This document shows, in pieces, positions 34,763 to 44,552 of a stretch of DNA of 64,000 nucleotides. Numbering within the stretch: the first letter of the stretch is position 1; each line of letters opens with the position of its first letter. This stretch comes from a virus, in IMG/VR virus record IMGVR_UViG_3300023213_000167, positions 762 to 64,761 of that record; one strand, 5' to 3'. The translations under genes and the position numbers were made by a program. The notes under the pieces are model-generated. The model did not search any database, was not told where the DNA came from, and saw only the letters and a program-made list of their open reading frames with translations.

Positions 34763-36710
34763 CCTCCCCTCACCTGCGGTGTTATTGTTGTACTACGCCC
34801 GTGACACACACCAGCCGTGGCCGCACAGACAGCTACCCCGTATAAAGGGCAGTTCGTGCCAAGCGCAGATACAAACAAGGGCGCCACGGGGATACCAAGC
34901 TTTAACCAAGCACGCTACACTTGGCGGGCGTCCTGGCGGCGTTTCCTCTTCTACGCCTGATCCGGCCCATGCTAATAGCGATGGCGACCGTATGTCAAGG
35001 TTGGGGGCACAGTCACTGGCCGCCCCCCGGGCGTTGTACGAGTGTTTACTCCCAATATGCCAGCACGATGGCGTGGCTGGGGTCCACGTATCCTAGAAGC
35101 CACGGATCACTGACCGGGTTGAAGGTGGAGTACATCGGCGCGGCGACCTTGAAGCACCGGAACAGCCCGGTACGGCGGGCTTCCTCATACTTCAGTAGCG
35201 CCTGATCGGGGATGTGGCCGGTGTAGGAGCCGATGTCTTCCCAATCCACGTGCCGGACGTTGAACAGCCGGAACGGAATCGTCTTCCGGATGCGGTCTCG
35301 CAACGTACCGATGTCCATGATCAGTCCGAACTGAGCTTCCGCCAGGTCCCAGCGGCCCCGCGTCTGCTGCCCGGCCAAGTCTTGGCGGATTTCCGCCACC
35401 TTCGCCCTGTCCTCCGCCGCTTCACATGGTGCCGTCTCTACCTTTAGCATCCCGCTTCCTCCTGTGAAAGAAGTTACACCACGCACGGTTGTTGTCGCCG
35501 CCCGCTTCCCCGCCCATAGCTCCATTGAACAGCCCGTTGTTGCGGCGGTTCACTTCGCTGTCACACGCCCCCCGGGTCGCGGCCATGTCTTTGTGATACC
35601 CGCACAATTCTCCAATACCACGGCTGCGGACGGGGTAGCACTCGGGGCAATCTTGTGGGCTCATAGCACCTCCCCGGATGGGATGATAATGTCCGTGATA
35701 CGTGCCTCTGGAGGCAGCGGAGCTGGCGGGTCCGCGTGGTACCTCTGCTCCGCGGCAACGGCCTTGTCGAGCCAGACCAGTGCCGCGGCGTCACGGCCCT
35801 CGTACGCGTCGCGCAGGGCCATCGCGAAGTAGCACTTGGCGCGCGGGGGAAGGTCTCGCACGCCAGGCATGGTCATGAACATGGTGACCGGGATGACGGG
35901 CACCGCAACGATGTGTGGTGGCAACTGTTTCACCAGGTCGTTTCCTTCCATACAGGCTTGCCCACTTCCACCAGGTCACTGCTCCACGGGCAGCCGACAA
36001 CCTTGTCCTCGGCATCTCGCGTGAAGTGCAGCATCATGCGAAAGATACTGGGCCTACTGGTCACCGTCATCGGGGCTAATTGACTACAGCCCCCGCACCG
36101 GCCAAAAGGGCGCCGCGTTAACACCGGCATGGCTTTACCCCTTTCCCCCTGTCCACGCCTCCTCATCTGCAGGGTTCAACAACGGGACGACGGGCGGGCG
36201 TGGGTCGCGCGTCCCCCCATTCTCATAGAACCGTTTCACGACGTCCGCAGACTCTCGAAACTCCACGCCACGGTCATCGTTGCCCGGATGCGGACTGCGG
36301 TACTTCTTCCCGCCCATGAGATTCTTACGCCGTCTCATGCGTACCTCCCCGGCTTACGCCGGCCGTCCGGCAAGTGACACCCGCACGTCAGCAGCGGCGG
36401 GGTGGTCCCCGCCGTGCTGCGCGTTGTATCCCAACGCTTGCGCGCCTTCCCGCGTCCATACACGCGCACCATGTCATGCCACAACGCGCCAAGATACAAC
36501 GTCAGCTTTTGCCGCTCCGCCACGCTCAGCACGTTACCGCACGCACGCGTGGATGATGTCAGCCTTGACCTCGTACAGGATGTTCTTAATCTGAGCTATC
36601 TCGCCGTCGCTGAAAGCCGCGGCGACGCCCGCCGCCGACACCAGGAAGCCAAAGGCCACTCCCGCTATGAACTTTAGCATGTCTGCTCACCTCCTCCACA
36701 CGAAATTCGT

Positions 36711-36726
36711 GTCAACCCCGGTTGAC
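36711..36726. repeat. Palindrome copy 3, GTCAAC-CCCG-GTTGAC
   Basis: About 13 nt upstream of a GGAGGAGGTG RBS on the minus strand. Confidence 0.9.
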
Positions 36727-38113
36727 AGCTGCGGTCCTTCCGCGCAGCTGTCTGTACAACAGCGCCGGTACTCCTGGGTACGGACCCAGGCATACATCAG
36801 CACACACACGAGGATTATCGCCCCCGCGTAGTGTACCCACGTCTCGAATGGGCTACGCACCCGCACGGCTCACCTCCCGCCCGCGATCTCATCCCGCAAC
36901 AGATGAGAAGGTACACAGCCATGCCGCCCGAGGAATCCAGCATACTCCACGACGATTGCTTTGTTCGGGTCGGCACCGTACATCATGTACGCGTGTAACT
37001 CGCCCACGCTGAAGGATTCCCGGCAGTCCATCCACCAGGCACCAACGGTTGCGCCGTGTGCCCATCCGATGTGGAACGCCGACGAGCCTGCGCGCCACTG
37101 CGAGACCAGCACATTCTCCGCGATGACCGGCGGCTCATCACCGGCACACGCGATGCTGGCGAGGACAAATATCGCGACAAGCGCGGCCAGTCCCGCCACT
37201 ACCACAAGTGTTAAACGCTCCGGTTTCATATGCTCTCACCTCCCCCCTCCCAGGTGCAATAGCCCGTAGTGTGCGGCCCCAGGTGCTCTATTTCCTTGGT
37301 GCAAATGCTGCCGTGCTCGCACTCCACCGAACAAAACCCCAACCTACGCCTCATCTCCGCGAAGATGGGGTGGCGGAGAATATGCCCCAATATCTCCTCC
37401 GTGGCGCCCTCGTCTGGATCGTAGTCATCCATCATGGACTCCTCAGATGACGATGGAACCAGTCGTCAACCAGCCTAACCGCGAGCGGAAACGCGCGCCC
37501 CGATGGGCTATAGTACCAGATGGCAAGGATGGGGTAGTACCCCAACGCCGCACAAGACACGGGATACAAGCCACTATGTTCACGTAAGAGGCGTACCGCG
37601 GCGAAGCGGCCACGTAACGCAGCCCCACGCGACGCGTGTTCACAATGATGTGGGCACAGTAGCGACATAGGTCAAGAGGCGGGGGCCGTAGCGGGTTTGT
37701 CATCATCGCCATGTTGTGCCCCTCCCGTGGCCGCCGGGTGATTGTTCGGCGGCGCCTGATGCCGTGGACACCACGTGTAGTAAGGGAGCAAACAATGCGT
37801 CGTGCCTGCATAACACGCGCATGTCCACTCCTTCCTACACGCCGTGTGGATACAGAAGTGCGCCTTCACGCACGCACGTACGCCAACAACCTGCGCCACC
37901 AAGACGCACGCTGCAACGCCTCTCGTTCCAACACGTGCAACCGTTCACGCACGAAGGAGATTGTCCCGTGTAAATCCTTGTCGGTCATCCCGCGGACGGC
38001 CTCAGCCTCACGCGCGAGCCACGAGGCGTCTACGCCCTGCGGTATGTGCGTGACCGTGGCGGGCACCTGTGCCGACAACGCACATTTGCCCCTATGCGTG
38101 AATACCACCCACG

Positions 38114-38545
38114 TCACACGCCGTCCACGACCGCCAGCAGCAGTCGTGCCTCCTTCACCCGCTGATGCGAGACAGCCCGCTGCTCATACACCCGTTTCTT
38201 GGCGCGGTAATCCGCGCACAGGTCCTGCCGTTCAACGCGCGACAAGCCTGACGCCTTGAGGGCGCCATTCAACGCCCAACAACGTGCCGCCTCACGGCTG
38301 TACTTGTCCTTCGGGTTATACTTCACCGAAAAGACAACAGCGTCGGGCACGGTGCACGGTCCCTTGGTATCTGTGCGTTCGCACAGTCCTGGGTGGACGG
38401 TGCACGTCGTGCCTGGACCCGGCGGGTAAAGGCCCGTCGGGTGCGGCATGTCGGGGACGTGGTGCCAGTGCGCGCTGTACAACGTTCCATCCGGCGCGTC
38501 TAGCCTCAAAAGCGTTTCCCCCTGATACTGAGCACGTAGGTGCAA
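38114..38545 (-). CDS. Hypothetical early protein
   Basis: 143 aa; KYNPKDKYSREAARCWAL; GTGA overlap with the next gene. Confidence 0.55.
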   Translation of the reverse strand: MHLRAQYQGETLLRLDAPDGTLYSAHWHHVPDMPHPTGLYPPGPGTTCTVHPGLCERTDTKGPCTVPDAVVFSVKYNPKDKYSREAARCWALNGALKASGLSRVERQDLCADYRAKKRVYEQRAVSHQRVKEARLLLAVVDGV

Positions 38546-38799
38546 TGCGCGACGTTGCTGGCCTTGCCGCTGCCGTAGACGACGTGGACCAGCAGGAATC
38601 CCGCGTCATCCAAAGATACGGGTGGCTCGATAGTGACCGAAGAAACTGCACCGTGCTTGGTGCGGAGGAGCCGATGGGAGGCGGGGAGCAGCTGGTCCAG
38701 CGTCAGGCGAAACTTGTGGGCTACGTCAGCGCGCGTACGGATCTCGATAGCTTGCGTCACCTCTTCTCACCTCCCGCCCGTGAAAAGACGTGCTACCGC

Positions 38800-38815
38800 G
38801 TCAACCGGGGTTTAC
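38800..38815. repeat. Palindrome copy 4, GTCAAC-CGGG-GTTTAC (1 mismatch)
   Basis: Upstream of the GGAGGTGA RBS of the gene starting at 38760. Confidence 0.75.
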
Positions 38816-39245
38816 GTCAAAGGCGCCTCAGTTAAGCCACGCCTTCGCCTGCGGCGAATTAGCCACGACGACCGCGGCCGCGTGCAAGTGTGGTATCAAC
38901 ATGCGCGCCAGCCGACGGTGACATGCAGTATCTCCGCACACAGGATCGCCACATTCCTGTACGGCACAGCCGCACACGAAACACGCGCAACACACGCAAG
39001 GCTCCACAGCCTCACCCGCTTTCCGCGTCAGGGAAGCACGGTCCCGCGTGTGTCCAGGGCTTCCCGCAGCCGGTTACGTGGCATTTGGGCACGTGACAAC
39101 TGCACGTGCATTCGTAGGTGTGCGGATCGTGCGCGTCACCTTCGCTGCGGCCAATGCACACGTCGTGCTGCCCATCCTTACAACGCTGGGTCAGTTGCCT
39201 GTGTACCTGCATCTTCAACGCCATACTGTCTCACCACCTTTCCGT

Positions 39246-39261
39246 GTCAACCTGGGTTGAC
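39246..39261. repeat. Palindrome copy 5, GTCAAC-CTGG-GTTGAC
   Basis: Upstream of the RBS of the gene starting at 39224. Confidence 0.9.
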
Positions 39262-39657
39262 GTTATTCAGGCTCCCGAGACAACGGCGTCCAACGACATA
39301 CACAGGGAATCCGCCGCGGGCGTCCTGGACAGCAGCTGCACCCGCAATACCACACCCACATCCGGGTGTACCGCAAGAGGTACCACCGAATTGGAGCCGT
39401 GGCTATTGCCGGCATACTTTGTCACCGCGAGGGATTCCCGCTTCGGCCACCGCAATGTCAAGCACCAACCGGCGCGCCCCCAACGGCGGATGCGCCAATT
39501 CCCAGGCAATCGTGCGCCCAACCTCGCTCGTGGTTATCACCGTGCGATTCAATTCCACGCCAATGCCGTCCGGATTCAAGCCTTCGGCGTTATACCAACG
39601 ACCGCGCAGCGCCACGCTGATACGCTTTTGCGCCATCGCGCCTCACCGCCTTCCGGT

Positions 39658-39673
39658 GTCAACCCGGGTTGAC
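39658..39673. repeat. Palindrome copy 6, GTCAAC-CCGG-GTTGAC
   Basis: Extends to a 20-bp perfect palindrome; upstream of the gene starting at 39636. Confidence 0.9.
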
Positions 39674-40089
39674 ACTGACGCGCTGCGTCAAAGATGGACA
39701 ACACGAAAAGGGCATACCACGGCCCCACACCGAGGCCATGGTACACCCCACCACGTCATACAACAACACGATACAACAACAACATGGCAAGCTGGCCCCA
39801 CCCTACTGCCAGTGCCAGCCCGGCGCCTACAAACGCACGTGCGCCCCCGCACGCGCAAGCACCGTGCTATCCCACGCCCACGCCGCCCTTAGACGGCGAC
39901 GTCCAGAAGGTCAGCGGCCCGGATTAACCACTCGATCAGCGGCCCGGGCTTACCGTGCGCCACCCACGAAAGGTAACGCTCATACAACTCGTCGTCCCGT
40001 ACATGCGCCACATCGGCGCCGTATCTCCAGCGAAGGCTAGGAACGACGTCCTGCCGATCACCGAGCGGCAACGTACTCACCTCATTCCC

Positions 40090-40340
40090 GCGCGGATACA
40101 CACCCTACTTACACCCCCAACCGAAACAAAGGCGGTTTGGGCGCGTGGCCCGACTTTAACGGGCCGCATCTCTAAGGTACCAAGTATGGCGAAGGTGTAT
40201 CCGCGCTAACGGTGGTACCGTATGTGGTGGCACGCGCGTCCAACCGAAGGGTCCGCACGGCCCGACTTAAACGGGCAGCAAGGCCAAACAGGGGTGCGGG
40301 TCTTCAGACCCACTATTGTTTGCGCTGTGGCGTGCGGTTA
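40090..40340 (-). ncRNA. Candidate structured RNA with twin repeated hairpins
   Basis: 12-bp stem 40090-40101/40195-40206; duplicated hairpin GGCCCG-ACTTWAA-CGGGC at 40147 and 40259, each preceded by CAACCGAA. Confidence 0.45.
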
Positions 40341-40343
40341 GTC

Positions 40344-40359
40344 GTCAACCCGGGTTGAC
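40344..40359. repeat. Palindrome copy 7, GTCAAC-CCGG-GTTGAC
   Basis: Outer edge of the trailer of the 40422 gene. Confidence 0.9.
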
Positions 40360-40367
40360 ACGCAAAC

Positions 40368-40401
40368 GGTTCATGCACTCTTGAGACGGTACGGCCCCGC
40401 G
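40368..40401. repeat. Left arm of imperfect 34-bp inverted repeat (partner 41552-41586)
   Basis: ggttcatgcactcttgagacggtacggccccgcg versus reverse complement of the partner, ggttcgtgctctcttgaggcggtgcggccctcgcg. Confidence 0.85.
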
Positions 40402-40421
40402 CGTGAGCCGCGCCGGGACGA

Positions 40422-41483
40422 CTAGCTCGTTTTCTCCGTTTTGGGCGTGGGCACCAGCTTCATGCACAGCGCCGCGAGCCGCTCCGCCTGAGCCTGCGTC
40501 AAGCTGATACCCTTTTTGGGGGCATTCTTGAGTAGGCCGTCCATGCTGCCCATGAAGGCGAACTTGTTGGCGAAGATGCTCATTTTGTTGCTTTCGTGAC
40601 GATGGGTGGTCGGATTCCACTTCAGCGCCACGATCGACAAGGCTTCCGCCCGTGCCTCGGCGGAGCTGCGTAGCTTGTCGTTGTGCTCCTGGTTCTGCGG
40701 ATCGTCGGCGTTTTCGACTACCGGCTTGACGGCGTTGCGCCACGCGACATGCGTGGTACTCAGCCAGACACCGGCTTGCAGCATGGCAATCGGATCGCCA
40801 TACGCGGCGCCACCGACGAGGACAAATCCCTTCTCCACCCACGTGCGGGTGACTTCGGGAAGGGTGAGACGCTGCGCGTCTGTCAGCTGATCGTTGAGGG
40901 CCGGGAAGTACACGCCTTCCTTCGCGACGCTAGTCCATGCCTGCTTGTGCAGGATGCAACTGGCGATGCGCGCAAGCTGGATGTACCGATTGACCCGCTG
41001 CCGGTACCCGCTGCTGACCAGCGGCTTGGGCTCTTTCGGGGCACGCTTCGATGACGCCACGTACAACTCTTGGGTCTCGGGGTTGGTACCAGCCACGTAC
41101 CGAGTCCCTTCGATTTGGGGGTTGACGTTTTGGTCGATTGTGCCGTAGAACAGAGCGGCCAGCCGTTTCGCCAGAGTGGCGGCGCCTTCCTTGTAGATTG
41201 CGAAGAACTCCGCCAGATCAGCCACGATGGGGGCGGCCAAGTTCTGAGCGTGCGACGTGTCGCTTACGCGGTCAGCCGCGATGTTCTTACCGAGCCGCTG
41301 CTCGATGAGCGCAAGGGCGGATGCCTGCTCTTCGATACGTTTGGCCTGCTCGTCGATGGCCGGAGCCTGTACGTGTGGCCCGGGCGACGTGTCAACCACC
41401 GGCGCCGCGGTCGGCGTCTGCGGTGGCGCAACATCGTCCACGACGACACTGCCGGGCGTGTTAGACTCTTGGGTGGTATTAAT
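40422..41483 (-). CDS. Orphan early protein (339-353 aa) flanked by complementary leader and trailer
   Basis: Largest ORF of the early region; track start GTG 41441 has no RBS, while an in-frame ATT at 41483 follows GAGGT by 5 nt. Confidence 0.7.
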   Translation of the reverse strand: MNTTQESNTPGSVVVDDVAPPQTPTAAPVVDTSPGPHVQAPAIDEQAKRIEEQASALALIEQRLGKNIAADRVSDTSHAQNLAAPIVADLAEFFAIYKEGAATLAKRLAALFYGTIDQNVNPQIEGTRYVAGTNPETQELYVASSKRAPKEPKPLVSSGYRQRVNRYIQLARIASCILHKQAWTSVAKEGVYFPALNDQLTDAQRLTLPEVTRTWVEKGFVLVGGAAYGDPIAMLQAGVWLSTTHVAWRNAVKPVVENADDPQNQEHNDKLRSSAEARAEALSIVALKWNPTTHRHESNKMSIFANKFAFMGSMDGLLKNAPKKGISLTQAQAERLAALCMKLVPTPKTEKTS

Positions 41484-41551
41484 GGCGTACCTCGCGTTTC
41501 GGGTGAGATGTTACCCCGTGCGCGCCAGCCGCGTATGCTGCCGGCTGGTGC

Positions 41552-41586
41552 CGCGAGGGCCGCACCGCCTCAAGAGAGCACGAACC
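41552..41586. repeat. Right arm of imperfect inverted repeat (partner 40368-40401)
   Basis: 30 of 34 positions identical plus a 1-nt bulge. Confidence 0.85.
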
Positions 41587-41635
41587 GCTTACGTTTGTAC
41601 GGGGTTTCACCCGAACGAACCCACCACGTTTTCGT

Positions 41636-41651
41636 GTCAACCCGGGTTGAC
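41636..41651. repeat. Palindrome copy 8, GTCAAC-CCGG-GTTGAC
   Basis: Outer edge of the leader of the 40422 gene. Confidence 0.9.
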
Positions 41652-42442
41652 GTCTTCCCAACGCCACGTGAGGGTGACAGGGATACCGTCCACATGGATT
41701 GTGTGTAGCGCGTACTTACCGGCAGGTACTGCGCGCTGCTGTGTGCTGACGGTGGGACTGTGCGACTGACACATGTGAGGCAGCGGTCTCATGTGTAACC
41801 GCCGCCGCTCCGCGTGCTCGCCGCCGCAGTTACAAGGCCAGTCGTGATACCAGACCGAGCCGGGAAGGAATACTAGGTCACTCATCGCGGCATACCACAC
41901 AGCCGGGACACGGCTGATGGGCGAACCGCGTGCGCGCGAGCACGAGGGCCGCGGTAAGACGTCCGGGGTATGCGCGCGACAGAATGTCGTCGCGTAACTG
42001 GCCGGCCGTCCTACCGATTCCTAGGCGCCGCGCGCGGGTAACGATGTTCCTTACCGGAATGCCGTTACCGCGCCGCGTCTGCATTGTCGGGAATATCCGC
42101 ACGGGCGAAACCCCTTTCCGGGCCCGCCCGGGCGAAACCCCGGACAAACGCTGCCAACGGGGAATAGCCCGTTGGACTACGCACCTATGTGCTCAGTGTC
42201 ACCGGATGCGCGCTGAGTCCAGGGCCGGGATTCTGACGGTAGCGTGGGACTGTGCCGGGGTCGTTAGTCCCCGCGGCCCACGCCGCGTCTGTCGCCGTAG
42301 CCCCCACGCGCGCGGTACTTTGTCCTACCACGCGCGCGGCGCATCCGACGTACTACCGTGCTTTGCATCATTGCTCTGGCGTGCGCTGCGGGTTTGTCCC
42401 GTGACATTTTGTGTCACCGTCCGCCCGCCTGCCTCACCGGGT

Positions 42443-42458
42443 GTCAACCCGGGTTGAC
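42443..42458. repeat. Palindrome copy 9, GTCAAC-CCGG-GTTGAC
   Basis: Left edge of the control region. Confidence 0.9.
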
Positions 42459-42580
42459 AGGACTGCCGCGCCGAGCCTACCGTCCGTTTGTTACATAAAT
42501 GCTCTGGCGGCCAAACACCCCAACGCCTGTGTACTAAACATGTGTTGAGTAGTATGCCCGCGTGTCACATTGGCACAACT

Positions 42581-42596
42581 GTCAACCTGGGTTGAC
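42581..42596. repeat. Palindrome copy 10, GTCAAC-CTGG-GTTGAC
   Basis: Inside the control region. Confidence 0.9.
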
Positions 42597-42990
42597 ACAT
42601 GGGCGTGTCAATCTGTCCCATACCCTTCGGGCCCACATGGGTTGACTAGGCCCACACGTGTTGACTAAACATGTGTTTAGGGGTCCTCCGACGTTCGAGA
42701 GCCGCGGCCGCGCGCGCATGCCTGAAAATCGAGTATGTGACCCAGAAAGGGACCCCCGAATATTTTAAATTTTAGGTACCTTTGCAGGTCATGCCTTTTC
42801 TCCTGATTTATTAAGCATTTACAATACACTGTTTTGCTTAATAAATTCGCGGGGTTGCAGGCCGACACTCGTTTTATGTCGGCGGACACCCCCCTTGTCA
42901 AGTTTATTTTATTTTGTGGCATTTTGCTTACAGCCATTGAGTTTACAGCGCACTTTTGGGGCACTTTTCAGGGTCTTCTTGAAAAAGGTG

Positions 42991-42999
42991 TGGTATAAT
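42991..42999 (+). promoter_or_regulatory. Extended -10 promoter (TGgTATAAT) facing the late module
   Basis: tgtggTATAAT, the same context as the promoter inside polA; no recognisable -35. Confidence 0.65.
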
Positions 43000-43244
43000 A
43001 GGGACAGTAAAGCAAGAAAAGAGGAAGCCGGTAGCAGTGCTGACCGTGGTAGTCCTGACAGTCACCTGAAACCGGTCCTTTCGGACCGGCGGTACGCGGA
43101 AGATACCGCGGAACAACGATACCAGCGAAAGGGGTAAAGCCCGCACGTATAGCACGCACGCCGCTGAGCTGCCCGCCCGGGGGGTTTGTCATGTATGTAG
43201 TTGATTTACCTCTGAGCTGGCGTTCGGCCTGAACGAAGTTCGGC

Positions 43245-43733
43245 ATGACGATTAACGAAATAGATGCTAAGATACCCCAGGTCCGGCGTTTGCTCAGACA
43301 GGGCAGGCGACAGGCAGCTTGGGAGCTGGTAACCCCGCACATACCCCCCCACAGCCCCCTAAACGGCCTCTTAAAACGCTTCCAACGTGAATTAAAGTTA
43401 CTGGAAGTGCCCCGAAAAGGGCCTTCCGCAAGCCTCCCTCCCCCGCGGGAATGGGTCCCCCGTACCCGTCCTGCGAAGCGGTGCCGGTGCGGCAACCCCC
43501 TTCCGCACCGGGACCGGATCTCTCGGCGTCACCACATGTTTATCATGCGCCAGATAGGTCAGGCCCGGTGGCGCTGGCATGATACCACCCCCGAACAGCG
43601 TCGCCTCGCCACGGAGCCTGCTCGGGCTGCCCTTCAGCGGAAACGGGAAGGCGTTGTTTTACAAGCAGTTCACCCACGATTGGTCAAACTCCTAGGAAGA
43701 CAGGGCGCGCTTGGTTTACAAGGACGCGGATAG
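43245..43733 (+). CDS. Basic hypothetical protein
   Basis: 162 aa, R-rich with CRCG; first sizeable ORF after the rightward promoter. Confidence 0.5.
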   Translation: MTINEIDAKIPQVRRLLRQGRRQAAWELVTPHIPPHSPLNGLLKRFQRELKLLEVPRKGPSASLPPPREWVPRTRPAKRCRCGNPLPHRDRISRRHHMFIMRQIGQARWRWHDTTPEQRRLATEPARAALQRKREGVVLQAVHPRLVKLLGRQGALGLQGRG

Positions 43734-43814
43734 GATGTATTGTCCCAACTGCGGACGGGTCTACAACGGTTTGTATTGCCAATATTGTGCTGAGGACTAC
43801 TTCCAGGAATAACA

Positions 43815-44552
43815 TTGAAGGACTCACCCCAGGTTGAGGCATATGACTCCCTAAGGTTTGGTAGGGACTTAGCCGGCTCCCCCTATGGAAGCGCAGCCGG
43901 CCCCATGGCGAAGTATGTCTACATGATACACCATGGGCAAACGGCCCTGAAAGAGAAGCTACACGGCCTCCAGAATGAGCCTTTGGACGCCGCCGGGAGG
44001 GGGCAAGCCGAGAAGGTGGGTGAGCTTCTCGCTGATGTACCCCTCCTACATATCTTTTCCAGTGATCTCAGGCGTTCCCACGAGACATCGGACATAATCT
44101 CCCAGGTAAATCCGGGACATCCTGGGGTGCAGGTCCTACCCTCCCTCCGTCCATGGAATCTGGGGGATGTCGCCGGTCAAAAGCTGGACGCCGCTTTCAA
44201 GAAGCTCCTTGATTATTACCAACATCAGGAGCCTGATACCCCCTTCCCCACCGAAGGTGGGGAGCCCTGGAACAGCTACATGGCCCGCTTCATGCCCATG
44301 CTCAAGACACTCTTTGACGGGGCCGTGAAGCTAAAGCAACAGGGCGTGCTTGGCCTCGTTGGACACTCCCACGGCATGCGGGTTGCGGATGCCTGGGTTA
44401 AGGCCGGCGCCCCGGCCAACTTGTCCCTCCCCGCGTCTTTCCACATCAGCGCGGAGCACCCCGCCGCCCCGGATCACCCCTTGAAGTTCGCGTGGGACGG
44501 GAACAATTGGGCTGAGGAGGCCCTGCAACAGCATGGCAATCGGGGGGCTTAA
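43815..44552 (+). CDS. Histidine phosphatase (phosphoglycerate-mutase-like)
   Basis: MIHHGQT (RHG variant), PLDAAGRGQA, FSSDLRRSHET, LRPWNLG, GEPW and VGHS. Confidence 0.85.
   Translation: MKDSPQVEAYDSLRFGRDLAGSPYGSAAGPMAKYVYMIHHGQTALKEKLHGLQNEPLDAAGRGQAEKVGELLADVPLLHIFSSDLRRSHETSDIISQVNPGHPGVQVLPSLRPWNLGDVAGQKLDAAFKKLLDYYQHQEPDTPFPTEGGEPWNSYMARFMPMLKTLFDGAVKLKQQGVLGLVGHSHGMRVADAWVKAGAPANLSLPASFHISAEHPAAPDHPLKFAWDGNNWAEEALQQHGNRGA

Noticed and set aside
38633-39892. 419-aa plus-strand ORF (likewise 12369-13157, 34230-35096 and 41070-41708)
   Set aside because: These are antisense shadows of RBS-bearing minus-strand genes in GC-rich DNA, with R/P/A-biased composition and no motifs.
40295-40345. 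Hammerhead (CUGAAGA) or group I intron P7 (GACUA/UAGU) core
   Set aside because: No stem II-GAAA follows CUGAAGA, which is itself sequestered in a hairpin; the P7 partner reads UAGUG, breaking the guanosine-binding G-C pair.
26436-42596. Palindromic repeats as a CRISPR array or integron attC sites
   Set aside because: Spacing is irregular (138 bp to 6 kb) with whole genes between copies; they do not fit RYYYAAC/GTTRRRY; no cas or integrase gene was seen.
41636-42596. TTGACA in the palindromes as sigma-70 -35 boxes
   Set aside because: In the copies checked (41636, 42443, 42581) no -10-like hexamer lies 16-18 nt downstream, and several copies abut the RBS directly.
42868-42900. Leftward sigma-70 promoter TTGACA-N17-CATAAA
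   Set aside because: The -10 match is poor and cannot be supported without TSS data.
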